Shown piece by piece: positions 1 through 9,002 of a stretch of 35,933 bases of DNA. Within the stretch, counting starts at the first letter, position 1, and every line of letters starts with the position of its first letter. Source of the DNA: a virus. Taxonomy: Duplodnaviria; Caudoviricetes. The position numbers and the translations under genes were made by a program. The DNA lies in IMG/VR virus record IMGVR_UViG_3300017722_000930, positions 1-35,933 of that record. One strand, 5' to 3'. The notes under the pieces were generated by a model. The model worked only from the letters and a program-made list of their open reading frames with translations, was not told where the DNA came from and searched no databases.

Positions 1-123
1 AATTGTTTCATTGCGGGCATTGCCGCCGACCACAGAATTGCCCGCTGCTAGGTCGTAATCATCAAGTCCACCGTAAAGTTTATTCGTCACAACAGCCGCG
101 TTGATAGGCAACGTAACTGTGTC
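1..123. repeat. Terminal direct repeat (identical to 35811..35933); circular-assembly overlap
   Basis: The first 123 nt (aattgtttca...aactgtgtc) exactly match the last 123 nt. The repeat lies inside an ORF that reads through the join. Confidence 0.95.
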
Positions 124-1521
124 AAAACGTACACCGTGCCGGAACACGTTGCTATTCGCGCTATCGACTGTGATCCCATTGTTGATGTCGCGAATCTGCG
201 TGTCACTGATATGCAAGTCGCCAGAAACCAGCCAGACGCCGTGCGTTCCGTCATTCCACAGCGCGCCGCCGACAATCGTGGTATTCACCCCGTTTTGCGT
301 TTGAATCTTGATGCCCGCCAAGGTCTGCGCTGCCACGCGCGGCGCAATGATCTGGCCGTCCTCGCAGCCACCCGCAGTTCCGTCAATCACGATACCAATG
401 GAGTTGGCGTAGGTCGTGGTACCGTCTGCCTGCGCGGCCAACAACAGATAATGGTTGCAATCCTCAATCTTTGTTCCGACATTGTAGCCGTAACTGAAGC
501 AAGCGGTAAGGGTCAGCCAGTCTGCCGTGTTTTTGAAGTGGTAGGCAGGGCCGACACGATCAGCCCAATTTGAAGGCTTTGATATAGTAGCGATTCCAGA
601 AAAGGGCCAAGCATGGCAAAAGCCAATGTGAGGATTATCCAAGCAATTCTCAATATAAACGCCCGCCTCGCAATCAAAATAGAAATAGTCCAAGCGGGGA
701 CGTTGCCAGCCAACGCTATTGAACGCTTGGTCGAATCCAAGCACCATGCAGTTTGTGACGCTTGCATCATCACCGCCTACCGTGAAGGCAGTTCCGGCAA
801 ACGTGGTCGAGGTAGAAGCCGGAAACGTCATACCCTTACGGTAGACCAGCAATCCGTTAATAGTTGTTCCACCTTGCAGCGTGATCGTCACCGCCGAGTT
901 AACGATAAGCGCACCACCAAGGGCGCCATAAGGCGCGTTCGCGTTGTCATCAGGCGAGCCAACAAATTGATGTGGGCCAACAAGCGAAACATTCGGCTTC
1001 ACCGTCAAAGCGGTATCGATCAGGCATTTTGCGCCGTTTGGAATAGTAACGGTGCCACCCGCTGCGCCTAGGCTGTCAATCGCCGCCTGAATCGCCGCTG
1101 TGTCATTGGTCGTGCCGTCGCCAACCGCACCAAAGTCCTTGACGCTAACGTTCTCGCGCAGCTTGTCCTGCGCCGAACGCGCTACAGCACCCACGCCTGC
1201 TTGGATAAACGCCACATTGGCAGCGTCGATGCTCACAACATTGAGATCACGAAACACGACCTCGCCGGTTGACGTTGCGATAATGAGCGAGAACTCAAGC
1301 GCCGCAGTCTGGATATTCGAAGGCGCACCGATATACACCGGATAGCCGCCGACCGTGCGGATCGGCTGCGCCCATGCGATAGTTAGCGCTTCGTCCTGGT
1401 ACACCGCGATAGGGTTTGTACGCGGATCAAGCCCTGCCGTGCCGATGTAGATTTTGCCCGCCTCAAGCGCGTTGCCTGCTGCGTCGGTGAAATAGGGATA
1501 AGGTGCGGGGATGGTGGTCAT
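1..1521 (-). CDS. P22-like tailspike, N-terminal part (head-binding domain + pectate-lyase-like beta-helix); continues across the join, about 594 aa in total
   Basis: Absent from the ORF track because it runs off the contig edge. ATG at 1521 overlaps the upstream stop (ATGA). My translation MTTIPAPYPYFTDAAGNALEAGKIYIGTAGLDPRTNPIAVY...AQPIRT resembles the P22 tailspike head-binding domain. It is followed by QDKLRENVSVKDFGAVGDGTTNDTAAIQAAIDS, the Pectate_lyase_3 start motif. It is in frame with 35547..35921. Confidence 0.9.
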   Translation of the reverse strand, partial: MTTIPAPYPYFTDAAGNALEAGKIYIGTAGLDPRTNPIAVYQDEALTIAWAQPIRTVGGYPVYIGAPSNIQTAALEFSLIIATSTGEVVFRDLNVVSIDAANVAFIQAGVGAVARSAQDKLRENVSVKDFGAVGDGTTNDTAAIQAAIDSLGAAGGTVTIPNGAKCLIDTALTVKPNVSLVGPHQFVGSPDDNANAPYGALGGALIVNSAVTITLQGGTTINGLLVYRKGMTFPASTSTTFAGTAFTVGGDDASVTNCMVLGFDQAFNSVGWQRPRLDYFYFDCEAGVYIENCLDNPHIGFCHAWPFSGIATISKPSNWADRVGPAYHFKNTADWLTLTACFSYGYNVGTKIEDCNHYLLLAAQADGTTTYANSIGIVIDGTAGGCEDGQIIAPRVAAQTLAGIKIQTQNGVNTTIVGGALWNDGTHGVWLVSGDLHISDTQIRDINNGITVDSANSNVFRHGVRFDTVTLPINAAVVTNKLYGGLDDYDLAAGNSVVGGNARNETI

Positions 1522-4289
1522 TGCGTGCGCTCCGAAGGGACAAGCGATCTAGCGATCTTCTTTTTGATCTCGTTATCCTTCACGCCCTGCCTAATCATCT
1601 TGAACCCCGTCACCAAAGGAACAGGGATAGGCGAGCCGGTTAAGTATGCGCTTAGGCCACCCGTGGCCGTCATTTCGCCCATCATCGCCATAAGCGTCCT
1701 TGCGGTGCCGCTAGTGTTAATGTTGGTGCCTGGCGGGACTGTGCTGACGTATTGGATAACGTCCCGAAGGTCGCGCAAGGTCTGCGCTTTCTTGGGATCA
1801 AATATCACATCTAGCCGACCAACATCATCCAGACTATTGATCGCATCCTTCATTTTTGCAGCCGAAACGATAGGCATATCGTCAGCCGTCATGCTGGCGT
1901 TTCTGGTCACGCTTTCCAGAAGATGGCGGACGGTAGCGCCCTCAAGTTCTTTCCATGCCTGACGACCATCTGCGCCGCTTGTGCGAAGCGTCCGACGCAA
2001 AAATTGAATTTCTTCTGGCGCAGCGTTCAAAATGGACTTTTGAAAAACCTTGTCCGCAGAGACTTTGGGGTCGTCCATGTTTTTGATGTTTGAAACAAGG
2101 CGCGCGACAACAGCCCGATCCTCAAACTTGCGGGCCTGCTCACGCCGCAGCTTTCGGGCTTGTATGTACAAATCACCGCCCTTGCCTTCAGTCGTCGCGT
2201 CAATCAGGCCCTTTAACTGCCCGCCGTAAACCTCGCCAGGTGTGCCGCGCTGTGTGTTTTGGCTGATTAGCTTGCGGATGTTTTCCATAGTCGCAACACT
2301 GATTTGCCCGGTCTTGTCGGGGTCATTTTTGGCGAGCTGTTGCGCAACGCTTTTCAGAACTGGCGCAATCTCTTTTGTCGCCTCATCCTGCGCGTTGATG
2401 AACTGCTGAACATCAGCATAGTCTACAAGTTCTTGCGCTTCGGGCGCTTGTTCCGCACGCTTGTAGGCAACGTTGACCTTGTTTTTTGCAGCGTCATAGG
2501 ACTTTGTGAGCGCGTCAATCACGACGTTGCCGGTGCTGGTTCTGTTTACAGTTTGCGCACCTGTTTGGTTGATAAGCTGGTCAAAGTTTTCAAGAATTTG
2601 CAAATTGTTCTCTTCAGCACGGCGGCGCAAAGGACCGCCAAGCGCCCCGAAAAGCTGCTCCTTCTCAAATGCCAGTTGCTCTGCATCGCGCGTGACTGCG
2701 CCTAATGTCAGTTCAACAGGAACCGGCAAGCCCTCCGCCTTCATGCGGCGGATTGTCTCTAGTGAAGTTCCCGACGATCCAGCGTCGTTAAATCGGAAAG
2801 TTTCCGGAACAAACGTCTCATCCGCTGCTTGCATTGCAGCTTCACCAGCCGCAGGTGCACCGCCCGCAGGAGCGCCGCCTGTAGGCATACCACCAGCAAG
2901 AGTGCCACCCATAGGCGGAACGCCGCCATCAGGCGGAACGTCGCCGCCGCGCCGAAACAACCCAGAGACAACAGGAGCCGCACGGCTAACACCGGCACCG
3001 ATGGCACGCCCGCCAAGCGAACCCGCAGCACCTAGCGCAAGGCCCGTGCCAATGTCCTCACCAGTGTTAGCAGCGTACAAGCCGCCAAAACCGCCCTCAG
3101 TAGCCAGTTCGCGAGCCACTGCGCCTGTAGTACCACCACCAGCAAGTCTTGTGGCCAAATTTGGAGCTAATGCCCTAGTCAACCCCGCCGTGGCGTTGGC
3201 AAGCCCCGCAGTGCCGACTAACGAACCGACCCCCTCACCAATCATGCCAGACAAAGGATTAAGCGCCTCTAGGCCCTGCACCTGATCGCCAGCGACCTGA
3301 GAGAGAAGGCCGACGCCTGCCGCGTTGACAGCGCCCGTAACGCCCGTGCCGAGCGGGGTTGTCAGAAACTCCCCGATGCCCTGCGCGATAGGATTGCGCG
3401 TGCCGGACTGCCGCGTGTTGAACGTGACCGGCTGACCTTTCGCGCGGGCTTCTACAGCCTGCTGGAACGCCGACACATCTTCAGCAGTGACGTTAGCGCC
3501 CGCTCCTCGCGCCGCTTCCACAAGCTGCTGCACGTTCGCGCCAGACGCGAATGCCTGATTGACCGCTGCGCTGATCGCCTTGTCAGCTTCAGTGCTGAAC
3601 CGTTCGCCGCCAGTGATGGCGAGTTGCTCCGCCCCCGGTGTGCCTTTGTCTTTCCAGTATTTATCAATCTCTGGCGCGAACTTGTCACCGAATGGCGTCT
3701 TGCCGATAACCAGTTCAGGGTTAACGCCAAACTCAGGGGCTTGCGCAGTCTCAGCATACATCTGCCGTGACACATCGTAAGCCTGTTTGCGCTGCTCTAA
3801 GATATTGCGCAGTTCAACCCGCAAGCCGTCACGGGCTTGGTCGGTAAACTTGCCATCTGACAAACGGAGTTGACGCAATACGTCTTGAGCCGCAGCAGGC
3901 AAGCGCGCATCTGTGGTGCTGATGCTCTGCATGTCGCCTGTGCCGACCGTGCTGGTTGGGTCAATGGTCTTGGCATAGTGGTAGACAAGCGACAGATCGC
4001 CCGATCCGTTGGGCTGCGTTTTCAGCGCCGCCACATAGTTAGGTAGCGCGCCTTCGTACTTCTTAACGTTCTCATCCGAACGATACCGCGATTGCAAATC
4101 TAAAGCAGCCTTGCGCACTTCCTCGCGGCCTTGGCGGGCCTCACTGGATACGTTGATGTCCGTACCTGTTTGCGCGCGAATGTCTGCCGCCATATCTTTC
4201 GGCGCGGCAGGAATGACCACACCTTGCCCCGTTGCCGGAACAGCGCCAACCACCTCGTCATCTTGGCCCCATGTTTGCGCTTCGGCCAT
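1518..4289 (-). CDS. Large internal virion / DNA ejection protein (P22 gp16-like position)
   Basis: 923 aa, Ala/Gly-rich helical protein with a central Gly-rich hydrophobic segment. Lies between the other ejection genes and the tailspike. Confidence 0.7.
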   Translation of the reverse strand: MAEAQTWGQDDEVVGAVPATGQGVVIPAAPKDMAADIRAQTGTDINVSSEARQGREEVRKAALDLQSRYRSDENVKKYEGALPNYVAALKTQPNGSGDLSLVYHYAKTIDPTSTVGTGDMQSISTTDARLPAAAQDVLRQLRLSDGKFTDQARDGLRVELRNILEQRKQAYDVSRQMYAETAQAPEFGVNPELVIGKTPFGDKFAPEIDKYWKDKGTPGAEQLAITGGERFSTEADKAISAAVNQAFASGANVQQLVEAARGAGANVTAEDVSAFQQAVEARAKGQPVTFNTRQSGTRNPIAQGIGEFLTTPLGTGVTGAVNAAGVGLLSQVAGDQVQGLEALNPLSGMIGEGVGSLVGTAGLANATAGLTRALAPNLATRLAGGGTTGAVARELATEGGFGGLYAANTGEDIGTGLALGAAGSLGGRAIGAGVSRAAPVVSGLFRRGGDVPPDGGVPPMGGTLAGGMPTGGAPAGGAPAAGEAAMQAADETFVPETFRFNDAGSSGTSLETIRRMKAEGLPVPVELTLGAVTRDAEQLAFEKEQLFGALGGPLRRRAEENNLQILENFDQLINQTGAQTVNRTSTGNVVIDALTKSYDAAKNKVNVAYKRAEQAPEAQELVDYADVQQFINAQDEATKEIAPVLKSVAQQLAKNDPDKTGQISVATMENIRKLISQNTQRGTPGEVYGGQLKGLIDATTEGKGGDLYIQARKLRREQARKFEDRAVVARLVSNIKNMDDPKVSADKVFQKSILNAAPEEIQFLRRTLRTSGADGRQAWKELEGATVRHLLESVTRNASMTADDMPIVSAAKMKDAINSLDDVGRLDVIFDPKKAQTLRDLRDVIQYVSTVPPGTNINTSGTARTLMAMMGEMTATGGLSAYLTGSPIPVPLVTGFKMIRQGVKDNEIKKKIARSLVPSERTQ

Positions 4290-4292
4290 GCC

Positions 4293-4640
4293 TTAATTCC
4301 TTAACGCGCGCATGTTGCGCATCACATAATTGCGAGTTTCAGCGGGGACTTTTGACAGCCAACCGTTGCCATACTTTGCCAAAGCCTTATCCAACTTGCC
4401 CGGTCCCAGATTGTATGCTGCCCATGCTTTTGCAGCGTCGTTACCGTAGCGTTCCATCATGGCTGACAGGTATTCACGCCCCACACGCACATCATCGCCA
4501 GCGGTCCCCCGTGAAGGTGTTACACCGAAGCCAGGATCGCGCGAAGTGCTAGGCATGACCTGCATCAGCCCGCGCGCTCCCTTGGGGCTGATAGCGTTAG
4601 GATTACCGCTGCTTTCCGATTGAACCGTGATGGCTTCCAT
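4293..4640 (-). CDS. Lytic transglycosylase (SLT/GH23) domain; possibly expressed as a +1 frameshift extension of 4642..5484
   Basis: Motifs ESSGNPNAISPKGARGLMQVMP, AAYNLGPG and ETRNYV. The first ATG (4640) is only 8 codons before the catalytic Glu. Confidence 0.9.
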   Translation of the reverse strand: MEAITVQSESSGNPNAISPKGARGLMQVMPSTSRDPGFGVTPSRGTAGDDVRVGREYLSAMMERYGNDAAKAWAAYNLGPGKLDKALAKYGNGWLSKVPAETRNYVMRNMRALRN

Positions 4641-4641
4641 T

Positions 4642-5484
4642 TTACTGAAAGCCGCCGGTAGCGTTGCCGCTACCACCTCCCTTGCGTTTAACGCTGTTGT
4701 CACGCGAATCAAAATACTGCGTTTCCGGTGGCAAGTCGTCATATTGCTGCTTTGTGAGCGGTGATGGAAGTTTGCTGGGTTGCTGCGCGTTCGTCCCATA
4801 ACGGCGGTAATACTCCGATTGCCGACCTATAAACTTGCCTTGGTTAGGCGTTTCCATTTCGACAAGCGGGTCAATCTGGAGTTCTACAAACTGCGCAGAC
4901 TTACGAATGCCTTCTGGGCTGTTTGGATCAATTTTTGCCGCCACCAAATTCTTTTGGAAAGCTGTCAACTCAGACTTGCCGAACAGGTTTTCGTAAAGCT
5001 TGGAATCAATCGCGGCCATCTTCATGCCAAGCAGAGCTTTACCGGCTTGCGGCTCCTTGGCGATCATCTGCGCGACAGCTTCTGTTCTAGCAGCCTCATC
5101 CTCACGCCCCGGTGTTTCTTTCAAGGCCTTGATGCGCGACTGCATAAGCGCGTTCGCCTGATCGGTTGCGCCGTTTGTCAGCAGCGAAAGTGCGCGCGAG
5201 GTAAAGTCCAAGTCATCCGCTTTGGCTGCGTCGGTTAAAGGCTGGCGCGCGGCTTCGAACTGCTCCTTGTAGGCGGGATAGGCCATATAGAAGCGTGAAA
5301 TGTTCTCAGGCGTTGGGTTGTCATAGACCATCTGCATAGCGGCGCGGGCCTGCTGTGCCTCTATGGCCTTCTGCTGCGCCTGCTGCTGTGCTTGCTGTTG
5401 CGCGGCGATCTGCTGGCCGAATGCATAGGATGCTTGGAAAGCGCTTTGCGGGCTAGGGATCGTATAGTCGAACGGTTGCGCCAT
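4642..5484 (-). CDS. DNA ejection/internal virion protein (P22 gp20-like position)
   Basis: 280 aa with a Gln/Ala-rich N-terminus (MAQPFDYT...QQQAQQQ). Directly follows the gp7-like gene. Confidence 0.65.
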   Translation of the reverse strand: MAQPFDYTIPSPQSAFQASYAFGQQIAAQQQAQQQAQQKAIEAQQARAAMQMVYDNPTPENISRFYMAYPAYKEQFEAARQPLTDAAKADDLDFTSRALSLLTNGATDQANALMQSRIKALKETPGREDEAARTEAVAQMIAKEPQAGKALLGMKMAAIDSKLYENLFGKSELTAFQKNLVAAKIDPNSPEGIRKSAQFVELQIDPLVEMETPNQGKFIGRQSEYYRRYGTNAQQPSKLPSPLTKQQYDDLPPETQYFDSRDNSVKRKGGGSGNATGGFQ

Positions 5485-6320
5485 TAGAAAATCTTCCCCA
5501 GCGCGGTTTGGCCTGCGGGCGATGTGGCAAACCCTGTAATCTGCCCAAGTGCGTTATTGAACGCAGCGCCCTGGCCCAAAGCGCCGCCAGCCCGTGCCTG
5601 TCCAGCCTGCGTCAATGCGTTACCGATCTGGTTAGCGGCTTCCATGCCACCCGCGCCAACGCCTGCCGCTGACCGCTGACCTAGCGTAGTGATGCCGCCG
5701 AGGTTTTGGAACTGCTGCTGTATCTGTTGGTTCAAGAGCGCCGGTCGAAACTGGCCCAACGCGCCTTGAAGATTGCCGCCGCGAAGCCCGCCGGTTGCCG
5801 CTGCGTTTTGAAGCAGCGCATCTTCGCCTTGGCGCGCAAGAGCCTGGAACATGGGCGACTGCTCGAACTGGTTGATCGCCTGCTGCTGCCCTTGCGCGCC
5901 CCCGGTCTGAAACGCAGATAGATCACCTCCCCTCGTTTGCTGCCATTGCTGTGCGAACTGTTCTAGTGGCATACGCTGACCGCCAGGGATCATCACGTTG
6001 CGGCCCATGATGTTGACCATTTGCCCGCCGCCCTGCTGATTGTACGCCGCCATTAGTTCAGGGTTAGACTGCGCGAAGGCTGTCCAGTTGGTTCCCTGCG
6101 GCGCAATACCGAGCAAGTTCATCTGCGCTTGTAGTGCCGGAATGCCAGCGGATGAATAAGGCGCAAGAAGCGTTCTCAGTTCCTCGCGCGCCGCCCGCTG
6201 TTCTGCTGCTGCTGCGTCAGCGGCCTGTGTCTGCGCCTGCGCTGCCTTACTTGCGCTCTTGGACGCAACGACACCGCCAATAACGGCACTGCCTACAACA
6301 GCGGCTGCTACGGCTGACAT
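5484..6320 (-). CDS. P22 gp7-like DNA ejection (pilot) protein
   Basis: Hydrophobic Gly/Ala N-terminus (AAAVVGSAVIGGVVASKSASKAA), then LAPY..AG..AL and NAAATGGLRGGNLQGAL, typical of gp7-like DNA transfer proteins. Confidence 0.8.
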   Translation of the reverse strand: MSAVAAAVVGSAVIGGVVASKSASKAAQAQTQAADAAAAEQRAAREELRTLLAPYSSAGIPALQAQMNLLGIAPQGTNWTAFAQSNPELMAAYNQQGGGQMVNIMGRNVMIPGGQRMPLEQFAQQWQQTRGGDLSAFQTGGAQGQQQAINQFEQSPMFQALARQGEDALLQNAAATGGLRGGNLQGALGQFRPALLNQQIQQQFQNLGGITTLGQRSAAGVGAGGMEAANQIGNALTQAGQARAGGALGQGAAFNNALGQITGFATSPAGQTALGKIF

Positions 6321-7132
6321 TAACAGCCCCCCAATGTATCGCGGTAGTCCACGGTAATTTCCTCGCCAATCATGCCGCCCCGGCTCCCCGCAATGTCCCG
6401 CAAGGCAAACAGGTAAATGTCATTCCCCATGCGCGCCATGATGGCATTAGGAACCTTAGCATGGTTGGTATAACGGCCTGCTGGCGTCCGCATCCCATCA
6501 AGCAATGATGGGGCAATCGGCTCAAGCCGTGCAATGTCACCCGTAGCGAAAAGCCCACGGCCTTCGATCTGAGAAGGCGCAACCATCACCTTGTATTCAC
6601 CGAACGGAAACGGGCGCTGATCTGCGAGGTTTTCCGAAATGGCGCGCACTTGGTCAGGCGTGAAACCCGCCGCCGTGATGGCGTCCAAAAAGTCTTTCAC
6701 ATCTTCGGCGTGGTCGTATTCCAGCAGCGGCACAGACTTGAACGTGTCGCTAGGCTCAAACAGTTCTGCCTCAAGCTCTGCCACATCAGTCAAAGGCGTG
6801 GCGTAGATGTTCTGCCAGATCATATCCTCGTGGACGTATGCCATCTTGCGTCCAGGCGGTGCGACAAACGTCGTCGGCCCAGTCAGTTCCGTTTGACTGC
6901 CATCCTCAAGGAATATCGAAACGCGGCCAGACACAAGCGCGTTCATATGCGCATGACGGTGCGAATGCCCAATGACATAAGCGCCTGCATTCACCGCCAG
7001 TTCGCGGATGTAGATGTCCGGCCCGAAGCGATGGGTAACCGAACACGCGGCCTGATCCATGCCCAGAAAGGCACCTTCCAGCCGCTCCACATCTGCGGGC
7101 GTGTACGCTTTGGAAAGAGAAACCGCGCTCAT
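6320..7132 (-). CDS. Cupin-like domain fused to a SET-domain (lysine methyltransferase-like) protein
   Basis: N-terminus VTHRFGPDIYIREL...GHSHRHAHMNALVSG looks like a His-rich cupin. C-terminus carries SET motifs SQIEGRGLFA, RYTNHAKVPNA and GEEITVDY. Confidence 0.85.
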   Translation of the reverse strand: MSAVSLSKAYTPADVERLEGAFLGMDQAACSVTHRFGPDIYIRELAVNAGAYVIGHSHRHAHMNALVSGRVSIFLEDGSQTELTGPTTFVAPPGRKMAYVHEDMIWQNIYATPLTDVAELEAELFEPSDTFKSVPLLEYDHAEDVKDFLDAITAAGFTPDQVRAISENLADQRPFPFGEYKVMVAPSQIEGRGLFATGDIARLEPIAPSLLDGMRTPAGRYTNHAKVPNAIMARMGNDIYLFALRDIAGSRGGMIGEEITVDYRDTLGGC

Positions 7133-7185
7133 TCCATGCCTCTAGCTGGAACGGCCCACCGGCAGGCCTGTTGCGCGGTGAGCGT

Positions 7186-7214
7186 ATAGTGCCACACCGG
7201 AGAGGCGAACGCAA
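7186..7214 (-). promoter_or_regulatory. Putative sigma70 promoter for the cupin-SET/ejection operon
   Basis: TTGCGT-N17-CACTAT with an extended TG, in an 84-nt intergenic gap. Confidence 0.45.
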
Positions 7215-7216
7215 CC

Positions 7217-7555
7217 CTAGTTGCTGACAGTGCGACCGCTCGACCGGATGTTGATAGCCGAAGCCGTGCCTGCCAGTGTCGAGATGAACATGCCAGACAG
7301 CAGCGTATGCCCGACGATCTCAGGGAACACATACGTCTCAGAAGGCTGCAACACCTTCGCCTTGACGATCAGGTTGTTGTTCCCAGCCGATCCGCCCGAC
7401 GCGACAAGGTTGATCGACAAGCTCGCCGCCGTGGCCGAATAATTTGTGGCCGTGAACTTGTCGATGATCGTCGTCACGTTCGTGCTAGTGTACTGCGCGG
7501 TATCCACGTTTTCGGCCGTCTTGGCAGCGATCAAAACTGTCTGGATCGTACTCAT
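7217..7555 (-). CDS. Small virion structural protein (beta-rich)
   Basis: 112 aa, Thr/Ser/Ala-rich, within the tail module. Confidence 0.65.
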   Translation of the reverse strand: MSTIQTVLIAAKTAENVDTAQYTSTNVTTIIDKFTATNYSATAASLSINLVASGGSAGNNNLIVKAKVLQPSETYVFPEIVGHTLLSGMFISTLAGTASAINIRSSGRTVSN

Positions 7556-7558
7556 GTT

Positions 7559-9001
7559 TCACTCCCACCCGTAAACCGGTTGCCACACGAAGTTGATCGT
7601 CTGCGATGCCGTGGCCGTGCCGACCAAGAACTTGCCGACGATCTGCACAAACTCGCCGGGATTGACGTAGACCGGCGCATCACCAAAATCGACAGCGAGC
7701 GCGCCTGTCTGCGGCTGCGCGCCGATGGCAGCACCGACCGGCCAAGTCATGTAGCCCAGCGCCAGACGGCGAGGTGCCTTCGTCGTTGCGGCTTCCAGCG
7801 TTGCCAGTGAAACCGCCGTATGCCCGAACGCTAGGCTGAACTGCACCGTGGTCGCCGTGGTCGCCACTGCCGCGCCCGTATTGACTGCATCAATCCTGAC
7901 ACCGCGCAGCACCAGACGCCGACCTTGGACCGACACCGTTCCCGCTGGCACCTGATAGCTGCCCCAGATGCCGTCAGTTACAGCGGCAACCGCAGCAATA
8001 ACTGAGCCTTGCCCGCCGAGGCCGTTGGGAAGGTTGGCCGTTAGCGAAGCGTTTGCCGGTGCTGCAGCCGTAGGGTTGGCGCTGTTAGCGTAGGATGCCA
8101 GCGACCCCATCGTGCCACCTGACAGGCCCTGATAAGACCCTAGCGCCTTCTGTCCGATCACGCTTGGCCGTTCCGCCATCGCAGGACCGCCGATGGTCAC
8201 AGCGTAATCGTTCAGGACGAACGAGATGGCCGCGCCTGCTGAACCCGTATTTGCGTGACGCAGGCCGACCGGCAGCGAACCAGACATGCACGGCTGACCT
8301 TGGCCGACCGGCGTGCTGATCGTCGCGTACAAGGTGCCATCTACCCAGAACCGCACTTCCTGCTCGTTCGCGACGATCTGGAACTGATACTTGCGATTGA
8401 TCACATGCACGAACGCCACCGCATCGCTCACCAAGGCTGCGGTTGTTTCCGTGCCGTTGAAGTTGATGACGCCCTGCCATCCCGCAGCGGTCAGGCGGAA
8501 CATGATTCCATCCGTAGGCGCGAAAGGCGTGGTCGTGTTTGCGAGGAAAAACCCGAAGTCAATGACCATGTTGGTCGTCGTGTTTGCGTTTACCGATCCT
8601 TCAAACTCGCCGTAAAGTTGGCTTGCGCCGATCAACGGAAAATAGGCGTAAGACTGAACTAGCGTGCCACCTGGCAGCAAGGTGTTGGCGCTGTTCGTGG
8701 TCAGGCCCGCGTTGGACCATGTGTTCGTCATCGTCGAGTTACGGTAGATGTGCTTGCCGGTGTTCTGAGCGGCATAATTGAACGTCTCCCAGTCGTAGAC
8801 GCTCTCCTGCGCGAGCCGCAGCCGGTAATCGGCGTCTGTCTCAGGGCTGATAATGTAATTACTGGTGGGATCGTTATCGCTGTAGAACAGCACGGCACCG
8901 ACTTCCGCCGGATCGTCAATCGTGGCGAGGCTGATCTTTATCCGGTTGTTGGCATCAACCTCTGCGAGGTTCGCACTAATGCCGCCTTCGATTACCGCCA
9001 T
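7559..9001 (-). CDS. Tail-associated beta-sandwich/lectin-like protein
   Basis: 480 aa, Thr/Gly/Ala-rich. The segment EVRFWVDGTLYATI resembles a ConA/LamG-like strand. Confidence 0.55.
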   Translation of the reverse strand: MAVIEGGISANLAEVDANNRIKISLATIDDPAEVGAVLFYSDNDPTSNYIISPETDADYRLRLAQESVYDWETFNYAAQNTGKHIYRNSTMTNTWSNAGLTTNSANTLLPGGTLVQSYAYFPLIGASQLYGEFEGSVNANTTTNMVIDFGFFLANTTTPFAPTDGIMFRLTAAGWQGVINFNGTETTAALVSDAVAFVHVINRKYQFQIVANEQEVRFWVDGTLYATISTPVGQGQPCMSGSLPVGLRHANTGSAGAAISFVLNDYAVTIGGPAMAERPSVIGQKALGSYQGLSGGTMGSLASYANSANPTAAAPANASLTANLPNGLGGQGSVIAAVAAVTDGIWGSYQVPAGTVSVQGRRLVLRGVRIDAVNTGAAVATTATTVQFSLAFGHTAVSLATLEAATTKAPRRLALGYMTWPVGAAIGAQPQTGALAVDFGDAPVYVNPGEFVQIVGKFLVGTATASQTINFVWQPVYGWE

Positions 9002-9002
9002 A

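Noticed and set aside
1-123. 123-bp terminal repeat as a biological DTR or att site
   Set aside because: It falls mid-gene and is an exact end overlap, typical of circular assembly output. P22-like phages are usually headful packagers.
4641-4799. Upstream extension of the SLT ORF (MGRTRSNP...)
   Set aside because: It overlaps the real ejection gene by ~160 nt and reads as non-protein-like. Only the last few codons matter, under the frameshift model.
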